Source of the DNA: Auanema rhodensis
Taxonomy: Eukaryota > Animalia > Nematoda
DNA: 64,000 nt
Direction: 5' to 3'
Assembly: GCA_964057225.1 (NCBI GenBank)
Contig: OZ059900.1
Location: forward strand, 21,638,001-21,702,000
The notes below the pieces were generated by a model. That model ran no database searches. It was not told the origin of the DNA and saw only the letters and a list, made by a program, of their open reading frames with translations. Positions 42,902 through 56,581 of this stretch are shown here, piece by piece. The number at the start of each line of letters is the position of its first letter. Position 1 is the stretch's first letter. Position numbers and translations under genes: made by a program.

Positions 42902-45900
42902 TCATTGACATTGCATGAGTTTGAACACATGAAATCGTAAGTCAAAACCTTGTTTACAGCGAAATTTCCAAAAACTGGTTTTCCAGCATAATAAAATATT
43001 TCTCATGGGAAATACTGTGTTTTTGTATTTTTCTAGTGTTCAGCATGTGAAATGCTTCATTTTAGTATGTAACACGCTGAAATTCGTTGCATTTGACGAC
43101 TCATATGAACAAAAATCGATTTAATCAATATTAGCCATAAAGGGCGTGCCCTCAGAATATGCTAATTTCCTTAATTTTCTAACCCCTGTTTTTTTGTCGT
43201 GAAAGTGGAACTAGACGTTGTAGGAACAATTTTGAGCTAGGTTTCATTGACATTGCATGAGTTTGAACACATGAAATCGTAAGTCAAAACCTTGTTTACA
43301 GCGAAATTTCCAAAAACTGGTTTTCCAGCATAATAAAATATTTCTCATGGGAAATACTGTGTTTTTGTATTTTTCTAGTGTTCAGCATGTAAAATGCTTC
43401 ATTTTAGTACGTAACACGCTGAAATTCGTTGCATTTGACGACTCATATGAACAAAAATCGATTTAATCAATATTAGCCATAAGGGGCGTGCCCTCAGAAT
43501 ATGCTAATTTCCTTAATTTTCTAACCCCTGTTTTTTTGTCGTGAAAGTGGAACTAGACGTTGTACGAACAATTTTGAGCTAGGTTTCATTGACATTGCAT
43601 GAGTTTGAACACATGAAATCGTAAGTCAAAACCTTGTTTACAGCGAAATTTCCAAAAACTGGTTTTCCAGCATAATAAAATATTTCTCATGGGAAATACT
43701 GTGTTTTTGTATTTTTCTAGTGTTCAGCATGTAAAATGCTTCATTTTAGTATGTAACACGCTGAAATTCGTTGCATTTGACGACTCATATGAACAAAAAT
43801 CGATTTAATCAATATTAGCCATAAAGGGCGTGCCCTCAGAATATGCTAATTTCCTTAATTTTCTAACCCCTGTTTTTTTGTCGTGAAAGTGGAACTAGAC
43901 GTTGTAGGAACAATTTTGAGCTAGGTTTCATTGACATTGCATGAGTTTGAACACATGAAATCGTAAGTCAAAACCTTGTTTACAGCGAAATTTTCAAAAA
44001 CTGGTTTTCCAGCATAATAAAATATTTCTCATGGGAAATACTGTGTTTTTGTATTTTTCTAGTGTTCAGCATGTAAAATGCTTCATTTTAGTATGTAACA
44101 CGCTGAAATTCGTTGCATTTGACGACTCATATGAACAAAAATCGATTTAATCAATAATAGCCATAAAGGGCGTGCCCTCAGAATATGCTAATTTCCTTAA
44201 TTTTCTAACCCCTGTTTTTTTGTCGTGAAAGTGGAACTAGACGTTGTAGGAACAATTTTGAGCTAGGTTTCATTGACATTGCATGAGTTTGAACACATGA
44301 AATCGTAAGTCAAAACCTTGTTTACAGCGAAATTTCCAAAAACTGGTTTTCCAGCATAATAAAATATTTCTCATGGGAAATACTGTGTTTTTGTATTTTT
44401 CTAGTGTTCAGCATGTAAAATGCTTCATTTTAGTATGTAACACGCTGAAATTCGTTGCATTTGACGACTCATATGAACAAAAATCGATTTAATCAATATT
44501 AGCCATAAGGGGCGTGCCCTCAGAATATGCTAATTTCCTTAATTTTCTAACCCCTGTTTTTTTGTCGTGAAAGTGGAACTAGACGTTGTACGAACAATTT
44601 TGAGCTAGGTTTCATTGACATTGCATGAGTTTGAACACATGAAATCGTAAGTCAAAACCTTGTTTACAGCGAAATTTCCAAAAACTGGTTTTCCAGCATA
44701 ATAAAATATTTCTCATGGGAAATACTGTGTTTTTGTATTTTTCTAGTGTTCAGCATGTGAAATGCTTCATTTTAGTATGTAACACGCTGAAATTCGTTGC
44801 ATTTGACGACTCATATGAACAAAAATCGATTTAATCAATATTAGCCATAAAGGGCGTGCCCTCAGAATATGCTAATTTCCTTAATTTTCTAACCCCTGTT
44901 TTTTTGTCGTGAAAGTGGAACTAGACGTTGTAGGAACAATTTTGAGCTAGGTTTCATTGACATTGCATGAGTTTGAACACATGAAATCGTAAGTCAAAAC
45001 CTTGTTTACAGCGAAATTTCCAAAAACTGGTTTTCCAGCATAATAAAATATTTCTCATGGGAAATACTGTGTTTTTGTATTTTTCTAGTGTTCAGCATGT
45101 AAAATGCTTCATTTTAGTACGTAACACGCTGAAATTCGTTGCATTTGACGACTCATATGAACAAAAATCGATTTAATCAATATTAGCCATAAGGGGCGTG
45201 CCCTCAGAATATGCTAATTTCCTTAATTTTCTAACCCCTGTTTTTTTGTCGTGAAAGTGGAACTAGACGTTGTACGAACAATTTTGAGCTAGGTTTCATT
45301 GACATTGCATGAGTTTGAACACATGAAATCGTAAGTCAAAACCTTGTTTACAGCGAAATTTCCAAAAACTGGTTTTCCAGCATAATAAAATATTTCTCAT
45401 GGGAAATACTGTGTTTTTGTATTTTTCTAGTGTTCAGCATGTAAAATGCTTCATTTTAGTATGTAACACGCTGAAATTCGTTGCATTTGACGACTCATAT
45501 GAACAAAAATCGATTTAATCAATATTAGCCATAAAGGGCGTGCCCTCAGAATATGCTAATTTCCTTAATTTTCTAACCCCTGTTTTTTTGTCGTGAAAGT
45601 GGAACTAGACGTTGTAGGAACAATTTTGAGCTAGGTTTCATTGACATTGCATGAGTTTGAACACATGAAATCGTAAGTCAAAACCTTGTTTACAGCGAAA
45701 TTTTCAAAAACTGGTTTTCCAGCATAATAAAATATTTCTCATGGGAAATACTGTGTTTTTGTATTTTTCTAGTGTTCAGCATGTAAAATGCTTCATTTTA
45801 GTATGTAACACGCTGAAATTCGTTGCATTTGACGACTCATATGAACAAAAATCGATTTAATCAATATTAGCCATAAAGGGCGTGCCCTCAGAATATGCTA

Positions 45901-48900
45901 ATTTCCTTAATTTTCTAACCCCTGTTTTTTTGTCGTGAAAGTGGAACTAGACGTTGTAGGAACAATTTTGAGCTAGGTTTCATTGACATTGCATGAGTTT
46001 GAACACATGAAATCGTAAGTCAAAACCTTGTTTACAGCGAAATTTTCAAAAACTGGTTTTCCAGCATAATAAAATATTTCTCATGGGAAATACTGTGTTT
46101 TTGTATTTTTCTAGTGTTCAGCATGTAAAATGCTTCATTTTAGTATGTAACACGCTGAAATTCGTTGCATTTGACGACTCATATGAACAAAAATCGATTT
46201 AATCAATATTAGCCATAAGGGGCGTGCCCTCAGAATATGCTAATTTCCTTAATTTTCTAACCCCTGTTTTTTTGTCGTGAAAGTGGAACTAGACGTTGTA
46301 CGAACAATTTTGAGCTAGGTTTCATTGACATTGCATGAGTTTGAACACATGAAATCGTAAGTCAAAACCTTGTTTACAGCGAAATTTCCAAAAACTGGTT
46401 TTCCAGCATAATAAAATATTTCTCATGGGAAATACTGTGTTTTTGTATTTTTCTAGTGTTCAGCATGTAAAATGCTTCATTTTAGTATGTAACACGCTGA
46501 AATTCGTTGCATTTGACGACTCATATGAACAAAAATCGATTTAATCAATATTAGCCATAAGGGGCGTGCCCTCAGAATATGCTAATTTCCTTAATTTTCT
46601 AACCCCTGTTTTTTTGTCGTGAAAGTGGAACTAGACGTTGTACGAACAATTTTGAGCTGGGTTTCATTGACATTGCATGAGTTTGAACACATGAAATCGT
46701 AAGTCAAAACCTTGTTTACAGCGAAATTTCCAAAAACTGGTTTTCCAGCATAATAAAATATTTCTCATGGGAAATACTGTGTTTTTGTATTTTTCTAGTG
46801 TTCAGCATGTAAAATGCTTCATTTTAGTATGTAACACGCTGAAATTCGTTGCATTTGACGACTCATATGAACAAAAATCGATTTAATCAATATTAGCCAT
46901 AAGGGGCGTGCCCTCAGAATATGCTAATTTCCTTAATTTTCTAACCCCTGTTTTTTAGTCGTGAAAGTGGAACTAGACGTTGCACGAACAATTTTGAGCT
47001 AGGTTTCATTGACATTGCATGAGTTTGAACACATGAAATCGTAAGTCAAAACCTTGTTTACAGCGAACTTTCCAAAAACTGGTTTTCCAGCATAATAAAA
47101 TATTTCTCATGGGAAATACTGTGTTTTTGTATTTTTCTAGTGTTCAGCATGTAAAATGCTTCATTTTAGTATGTAACACGCTGAAATTCGTTGCATTTGA
47201 CGACTCATATGAACAAAAATCGATTTAATCAATATTAGCCATAAGGGGCGTGCCCTCAGAATATGCTAATTTCCTTAATTTTCTAACCCCTGTTTTTTTG
47301 TCGTGAAAGTGGAACTAGACGTTGTACGAACAATTTTGAGCTAGGTTTCATTGACATTGCATGAGTTTGAACACATGAAATCGTAAGTCAAAACCTTGTT
47401 TACAGCGAAATTTCCAAAAACTGGTTTTCCAGCATAATAAAATATTTCTCATGGGAAATACTGTGTTTTTGTATTTTTCTAGTGTTCAGCATGTGAAATG
47501 CTTCATTTTAGTATGTAACACGCTGAAATTCGTTGCATTTGACGACTCATATGAACAAAAATCGATTTAATCAATATTAGCCATAAAGGGCGTGCCCTCA
47601 GAATATGCTAATTTCCTTAATTTTCTAACCCCTGTTTTTTTGTCGTGAAAGTGGAACTAGACGTTGTAGGAACAATTTTGAGCTAGGTTTCATTGACATT
47701 GCATGAGTTTGAACACATGAAATCGTAAGTCAAAACCTTGTTTACAGCGAAATTTCCAAAAACTGGTTTTCCAGCATAATAAAATATTTCTCATGGGAAA
47801 TACTGTGTTTTTGTATTTTTCTAGTGTTCAGCATGTAAAATGCTTCATTTTAGTACGTAACACGCTGAAATTCGTTGCATTTGACGACTCATATGAACAA
47901 AAATCGATTTAATCAATATTAGCCATAAGGGGCGTGCCCTCAGAATATGCTAATTTCCTTAATTTTCTAACCCCTGTTTTTTTGTCGTGAAAGTGGAACT
48001 AGACGTTGTACGAACAATTTTGAGCTAGGTTTCATTGACATTGCATGAGTTTGAACACATGAAATCGTAAGTCAAAACCTTGTTTACAGCGAAATTTCCA
48101 AAAACTGGTTTTCCAGCATAATAAAATATTTCTCATGGGAAATACTGTGTTTTTGTATTTTTCTAGTGTTCAGCATGTAAAATGCTTCATTTTAGTATGT
48201 AACACGCTGAAATTCGTTGCATTTGACGACTCATATGAACAAAAATCGATTTAATCAATATTAGCCATAAAGGGCGTGCCCTCAGAATATGCTAATTTCC
48301 TTAATTTTCTAACCCCTGTTTTTTTGTCGTGAAAGTGGAACTAGACGTTGTAGGAACAATTTTGAGCTAGGTTTCATTGACATTGCATGAGTTTGAACAC
48401 ATGAAATCGTAAGTCAAAACCTTGTTTACAGCGAAATTTTCAAAAACTGGTTTTCCAGCATAATAAAATATTTCTCATGGGAAATACTGTGTTTTTGTAT
48501 TTTTCTAGTGTTCAGCATGTAAAATGCTTCATTTTAGTATGTAACACGCTGAAATTCGTTGCATTTGACGACTCATATGAACAAAAATCGATTTAATCAA
48601 TATTAGCCATAAAGGGCGTGCCCTCAGAATATGCTAATTTCCTTAATTTTCTAACCCCTGTTTTTTTGTCGTGAAAGTGGAACTAGACGTTGTAGGAACA
48701 ATTTTGAGCTAGGTTTCATTGACATTGCATGAGTTTGAACACATGAAATCGTAAGTCAAAACCTTGTTTACAGCGAAATTTCCAAAAACTGGTTTTCCAG
48801 CATAATAAAATATTTCTCATGGGAAATACTGTGTTTTTGTATTTTTCTAGTGTTCAGCATGTAAAATGCTTCATTTTAGTATGTAACACGCTGAAATTCG

Positions 48901-51900
48901 TTGCATTTGACGACTCATATGAACAAAAATCGATTTAATCAATATTAGCCATAAGGGGCGTGCCCTCAGAATATGCTAATTTCCTTAATTTTCTAACCCC
49001 TGTTTTTTTGTCGTGAAAGTGGAACTAGACGTTGTACGAACAATTTTGAGCTAGGTTTCATTGACATTGCATGAGTTTGAACACATGAAATCGTAAGTCA
49101 AAACCTTGTTTACAGCGAAATTTCCAAAAACTGGTTTTCCAGCATAATAAAATATTTCTCATGGGAAATACTGTGTTTTTGTATTTTTCTAGTGTTCAGC
49201 ATGTGAAATGCTTCATTTTAGTATGTAACACGCTGAAATTCGTTGCATTTGACGACTCATATGAACAAAAATCGATTTAATCAATATTAGCCATAAAGGG
49301 CGTGCCCTCAGAATATGCTAATTTCCTTAATTTTCTAACCCCTGTTTTTTTGTCGTGAAAGTGGAACTAGACGTTGTAGGAACAATTTTGAGCTAGGTTT
49401 CATTGACATTGCATGAGTTTGAACACATGAAATCGTAAGTCAAAACCTTGTTTACAGCGAAATTTCCAAAAACTGGTTTTCCAGCATAATAAAATATTTC
49501 TCATGGGAAATACTGTGTTTTTGTATTTTTCTAGTGTTCAGCATGTAAAATGCTTCATTTTAGTACGTAACACGCTGAAATTCGTTGCATTTGACGACTC
49601 ATATGAACAAAAATCGATTTAATCAATATTAGCCATAAGGGGCGTGCCCTCAGAATATGCTAATTTCCTTAATTTTCTAACCCCTGTTTTTTTGTCGTGA
49701 AAGTGGAACTAGACGTTGTACGAACAATTTTGAGCTAGGTTTCATTGACATTGCATGAGTTTGAACACATGAAATCGTAAGTCAAAACCTTGTTTACAGC
49801 GAAATTTCCAAAAACTGGTTTTCCAGCATAATAAAATATTTCTCATGGGAAATACTGTGTTTTTGTATTTTTCTAGTGTTCAGCATGTAAAATGCTTCAT
49901 TTTAGTATGTAACACGCTGAAATTCGTTGCATTTGACGACTCATATGAACAAAAATCGATTTAATCAATATTAGCCATAAAGGGCGTGCCCTCAGAATAT
50001 GCTAATTTCCTTAATTTTCTAACCCCTGTTTTTTTGTCGTGAAAGTGGAACTAGACGTTGTAGGAACAATTTTGAGCTAGGTTTCATTGACATTGCATGA
50101 GTTTGAACACATGAAATCGTAAGTCAAAACCTTGTTTACAGCGAAATTTTCAAAAACTGGTTTTCCAGCATAATAAAATATTTCTCATGGGAAATACTGT
50201 GTTTTTGTATTTTTCTAGTGTTCAGCATGTAAAATGCTTCATTTTAGTATGTAACACGCTGAAATTCGTTGCATTTGACGACTCATATGAACAAAAATCG
50301 ATTTAATCAATATTAGCCATAAAGGGCGTGCCCTCAGAATTTGCTAATTTCCTTAATTTTCTAACCCCTGTTTTTTTGTCGTGAAAGTGGAACTAGACGT
50401 TGTAGGAACAATTTTGAGCTAGGTTTCATTGACATTGCATGAGTTTGAACACATGAAATCGTAAGTCAAAACCTTGTTTACAGCGAAATTTTCAAAAACT
50501 GGTTTTCCAGCATAATAAAATATTTCTCATGGGAAATACTGTGTTTTTGTATTTTTCTAGTGTTCAGCATGTAAAATGCTTCATTTTAGTATGTAACACG
50601 CTGAAATTCGTTGCATTTGACGACTCATATGAACAAAAATCGATTTAATCAATATTAGCCATAAAGGGCGTGCCCTCAGAATATGCTAATTTCCTTAATT
50701 TTCTAACCCCTGTTTTTTTGTCGTGAAAGTGGAACTAGACGTTGTAGGAACAATTTTGAGCTAGGTTTCATTGACATTGCATGAGTTTGAACACATGAAA
50801 TCGTAAGTCAAAACCTTGTTTACAGCGAAATTTCCAAAAACTGGTTTTCCAGCATAATAAAATATTTCTCATGGGAAATACTGTGTTTTTGTATTTTTCT
50901 AGTGTTCAGCATGTAAAATGCTTCATTTTAGTATGTAACACGCTGAAATTCGTTGCATTTGACGACTCATATGAACAAAAATCGATTTAATCAATATTAG
51001 CCATAAGGGGCGTGCCCTCAGAATATGCTAATTTCCTTAATTTTCTAACCCCTGTTTTTTTGTCGTGAAAGTGGAACTAGACGTTGTACGAACAATTTTG
51101 AGCTAGGTTTCATTGACATTGCATGAGTTTGAACACATGAAATCGTAAGTCAAAACCTTGTTTACAGCGAAATTTCCAAAAACTGGTTTTCCAGCATAAT
51201 AAAATATTTCTCATGGGAAATACTGTGTTTTTGTATTTTTCTAGTGTTCAGCATGTGAAATGCTTCATTTTAGTATGTAACACGCTGAAATTCGTTGCAT
51301 TTGACGACTCATATGAACAAAAATCGATTTAATCAATATTAGCCATAAAGGGCGTGCCCTCAGAATATGCTAATTTCCTTAATTTTCTAACCCCTGTTTT
51401 TTTGTCGTGAAAGTGGAACTAGACGTTGTAGGAACAATTTTGAGCTAGGTTTCATTGACATTGCATGAGTTTGAACACATGAAATCGTAAGTCAAAACCT
51501 TGTTTACAGCGAAATTTCCAAAAACTGGTTTTCCAGCATAATAAAATATTTCTCATGGGAAATACTGTGTTTTTGTATTTTTCTAGTGTTCAGCATGTAA
51601 AATGCTTCATTTTAGTACGTAACACGCTGAAATTCGTTGCATTTGACGACTCATATGAACAAAAATCGATTTAATCAATATTAGCCATAAGGGGCGTGCC
51701 CTCAGAATATGCTAATTTCCTTAATTTTCTAACCCCTGTTTTTTTGTCGTGAAAGTGGAACTAGACGTTGTACGAACAATTTTGAGCTAGGTTTCATTGA
51801 CATTGCATGAGTTTGAACACATGAAATCGTAAGTCAAAACCTTGTTTACAGCGAAATTTCCAAAAACTGGTTTTCCAGCATAATAAAATATTTCTCATGG

Positions 51901-53845
51901 GAAATACTGTGTTTTTGTATTTTTCTAGTGTTCAGCATGTAAAATGCTTCATTTTAGTATGTAACACGCTGAAATTCGTTGCATTTGACGACTCATATGA
52001 ACAAAAATCGATTTAATCAATATTAGCCATAAAGGGCGTGCCCTCAGAATATGCTAATTTCCTTAATTTTCTAACCCCTGTTTTTTTGTCGTGAAAGTGG
52101 AACTAGACGTTGTAGGAACAATTTTGAGCTAGGTTTCATTGACATTGCATGAGTTTGAACACATGAAATCGTAAGTCAAAACCTTGTTTACAGCGAAATT
52201 TTCAAAAACTGGTTTTCCAGCATAATAAAATATTTCTCATGGGAAATACTGTGTTTTTGTATTTTTCTAGTGTTCAGCATGTAAAATGCTTCATTTTAGT
52301 ATGTAACACGCTGAAATTCGTTGCATTTGACGACTCATATGAACAAAAATCGATTTAATCAATATTAGCCATAAAGGGCGTGCCCTCAGAATTTGCTAAT
52401 TTCCTTAATTTTCTAACCCCTGTTTTTTTGTCGTGAAAGTGGAACTAGACGTTGTAGGAACAATTTTGAGCTAGGTTTCATTGACATTGCATGAGTTTGA
52501 ACACATGAAATCGTAAGTCAAAACCTTGTTTACAGCGAAATTTTCAAAAACTGGTTTTCCAGCATAATAAAATATTTCTCATGGGAAATACTGTGTTTTT
52601 GTATTTTTCTAGTGTTCAGCATGTAAAATGCTTCATTTTAGTATGTAACACGCTGAAATTCGTTGCATTTGACGACTCATATGAACAAAAATCGATTTAA
52701 TCAATATTAGCCATAAGGGGCGTGCCCTCAGAATATGCTAATTTCCTTAATTTTCTAACCCCTGTTTTTTTGTCGTGAAAGTGGAACTAGACGTTGTACG
52801 AACAATTTTGAGCTAGGTTTCATTGACATTGCATGAGTTTGAACACATGAAATCGTAAGTCAAAACCTTGTTTACAGCGAAATTTCCAAAAACTGGTTTT
52901 CCAGCATAATAAAATATTTCTCATGGGAAATACTGTGTTTTTGTATTTTTCTAGTGTTCAGCATGTAAAATGCTTCATTTTAGTATGTAACACGCTGAAA
53001 TTCGTTGCATTTGACGACTCATATGAACAAAAATCGATTTAATCAATATTAGCCATAAGGGGCGTGCCCTCAGAATATGCTAATTTCCTTAATTTTCTAA
53101 CCCCTGTTTTTTTGTCGTGAAAGTGGAACTAGACGTTGTACGAACAATTTTGAGCTGGGTTTCATTGACATTGCATGAGTTTGAACACATGAAATCGTAA
53201 GTCAAAACCTTGTTTACAGCGAAATTTCCAAAAACTGGTTTTCCAGCATAATAAAATATTTCTCATGGGAAATACTGTGTTTTTGTATTTTTCTAGTGTT
53301 CAGCATGTAAAATGCTTCATTTTAGTATGTAACACGCTGAAATTCGTTGCATTTGACGACTCATATGAACAAAAATCGATTTAATCAATATTAGCCATAA
53401 GGGGCGTGCCCTCAGAATATGCTAATTTCCTTAATTTTCTAACCCCTGTTTTTTAGTCGTGAAAGTGGAACTAGACGTTGCACGAACAATTTTGAGCTAG
53501 GTTTCATTGACATTGCATGAGTTTGAACACATGAAATCGTAAGTCAAAACCTTGTTTACAGCGAACTTTCCAAAAACTGGTTTTCCAGCATAATAAAATA
53601 TTTCTCATGGGAAATACTGTGTTTTTGTATTTTTCTAGTGTTCAGCATGTAAAATGCTTCATTTTAGTATGTAACACGCTGAAATTCGTTGCATTTGACG
53701 ACTCATATGAACAAAAATCGATTTAATCAATATTAGCCATAAAGGGCGTGCCCTCAGAATATGCTAATTTCCTTAATTTTCTAACCCCTGTTTTTTTGTC
53801 GTGAAAGTGGAACTAGACATTGTATTAACAATTTTGAGCTAGGTT
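42902..53845. repeat. Nested higher-order repeat domain built on an A-B-C-D core (five copies, starting at 42902, 44612, 47348, 49058, 51110)
   Basis: A = catgtgaaatgc+agga, B = agtacgt+aagggg, C = agga, D = ttttcaaa+agga. The core spacing is 5, 8, 5 and 6 monomers. Confidence 0.9.
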
Positions 53846-56581
53846 TCATTGACATTGCATGAGTTTGAACACATGAAATCGTAAGTCAAAACCTTGTTTA
53901 CAGCGAAATTTCCAAAAACTGGTTTTCCAGCATAATAAAATATTTCTCATGGGTATTACTGTGTTTTTGTATTTTTCTAGTGTTCAGCATGTAAAATGCT
54001 TCATTTTAGTATGTAACACGCTGAAATTCGTTGCATTTGACGACTCATATGAACAAAAATCGATTTAATCAATATTAGCCATAAGGGGCGTGCCCTCAGA
54101 ATATGCTAATTTCCTTAATTTTCTAACCCCTGTTTTTTTGTCGTGAAAGTGGAACTAGACGTTGTACGAACAATTTTGAGCTAGGTTTCATTGACATTGC
54201 ATGAGTTTGAACACATGAAATCGTAAGTCAAAACCTTGTTTACAGCGAAATTTCCAAAAACTGGTTTTCCAGCATAATAAAATATTTCTCATGGGTATTA
54301 CTGTGTTTTTGTATTCTTCTAGTGTTCAGCATGTAAAATGCTTCATTTTAGTATGTAACACGCTGAAATTCGTTGCATTTGACGACTCATATGAACAAAA
54401 ATCGATTTAATCAATATTAGCCATAAGGGGCGTGCCCTCAGAATATGCTAATTTCCTTAATTTTCTAACCCCTGTTTTTTAGTCGTGAAAGTGGAACTAG
54501 ACGTTGTACGAACAATTTTGAGCTAGGTTTCATTGACATTGCATGAGTTTGAACACATGAAATCGTAAGTCAAAACCTTGTTTACAGCGAACTTTCCAAA
54601 AACTGGTTTTCCAGCATAATAAAATATTTCTCATGGGTATTACTGTGTTTTTGTATTTTTCTAGTGTTCAGCATGTAAAATGCTTCATTTTAGTATGTAA
54701 CACGCTGAAATTCGTTGCATTTGACGACTCATATGAACAAAAATCGATTTAATCAATATTAGCCATAAGGGGCGTGCCCTCAGAATATGCTAATTTCCTT
54801 AATTTTCTAACCCCTGTTTTTTTGTCGTGAAAGTGGAACTAGACGTTGTACGAACAATTTTGAGCTAGGTTTCATTGACATTGCATGAGTTTGAACACAT
54901 GAAATCGTAAGTCAAAACCTTGTTTACAGCGAAATTTCCAAAAACTGGTTTTCCAGCATAATAAAATATTTCTCATGGGAAATACTGTGTTTTTGTATTT
55001 TTCTAGTGTTCAGCATGTAAAATGCTTCATTTTAGTATGTAACACGCTGAAATTCGTTGCATTTGACGACTCATATGAACAAAAATCGATTTAATCAATA
55101 TTAGCCATAAGGGGCGTGCCCTCAGAATATGCTAATTTCCTTAATTTTCTAACCCCTGTTTTTTTGTCGTGAAAGTGGAACTAGACGTTGTACGAACAAT
55201 TTTGAGCTAGGTTTCATTGACATTGCATGAGTTTGAACACATGAAATCGTAAGTCAAAACCTTGTTTACAGCGAAATTTCCAAAAACTGGTTTTCCAGCA
55301 TAATAAAATATTTCTCATGGGAAATACTGTGTTTTTGTATTTTTCTAGTGTTCAGCATGTAAAATGCTTCATTTTAGTATGTAACACGCTGAAATTCGTT
55401 GCATTTGACGACTCATATGAACAAAAATCGATTTAATCAATATTAGCCATAAGGGGCGTGCCCTCAGAATATGCTAATTTCCTTAATTTTCTAACCCCTG
55501 TTTTTTTGTCGTGAAAGTGGAACTAGACGTTGTACGAACAATTTTGAGCTAGGTTTCATTGACATTGCATGAGTTTGAACACATGAAATCGTAAGTCAAA
55601 ACCTTGTTTACAGCGAAATTTCCAAAAACTGGTTTTCCAGCATAATAAAATATTTCTCATGGGAAATACTGTGTTTTTGTATTTTTCTAGTGTTCAGCAT
55701 GTGAAATGCTTCATTTTAGTATGTAACACGCTGAAATTCGTTGCATTTGACGACTCATATGAACAAAAATCGATTTAATCAATATTAGCCATAAAGGGCG
55801 TGCCCTCAGAATATGCTAATTTCCTTAATTTTCTAACCCCTGTTTTTTTGTCGTGAAAGTGGAACTAGACGTTGTAGGAACAATTTTGAGCTAGGTTTCA
55901 TTGACATTGCATGAGTTTGAACACATGAAATCGTAAGTCAAAACCTTGTTTACAGCGAAATTTCCAAAAACTGGTTTTCCAGCATAATAAAATATTTCTC
56001 ATGGGAAATACTGTGTTTTTGTATTTTTCTAGTGTTCAGCATGTAAAATGCTTCATTTTAGTATGTAACACGCTGAAATTCGTTGCATTTGACGACTCAT
56101 ATGAACAAAAATCGATTTAATCAATATTAGCCATAAGGGGCGTGCCCTCAGAATATGCTAATTTCCTTAATTTTCTAACCCCTGTTTTTTTGTCGTGAAA
56201 GTGGAACTAGACGTTGTAGGAACAATTTTGAGCTAGGTTTCATTGACATTGCATGAGTTTGAACACATGAAATCGTAAGTCAAAACCTTGTTTACAGCGA
56301 AATTTTCAAAAACTGGTTTTCCAGCATAATAAAATATTTCTCATGGGAAATACTGTGTTTTTGTATTTTTCTAGTGTTCAGCATGTAAAATGCTTCATTT
56401 TAGTATGTAACACGCTGAAATTCGTTGCATTTGACGACTCATATGAACAAAAATCGATTTAATCAATATTAGCCATAAAGGGCGTGCCCTCAGAATATGC
56501 TAATTTCCTTAATTTTCTAACCCCTGTTTTTTTGTCGTGAAAGTGGAACTAGACGTTGTAGGAACAATTTTGAGCTAGGTT

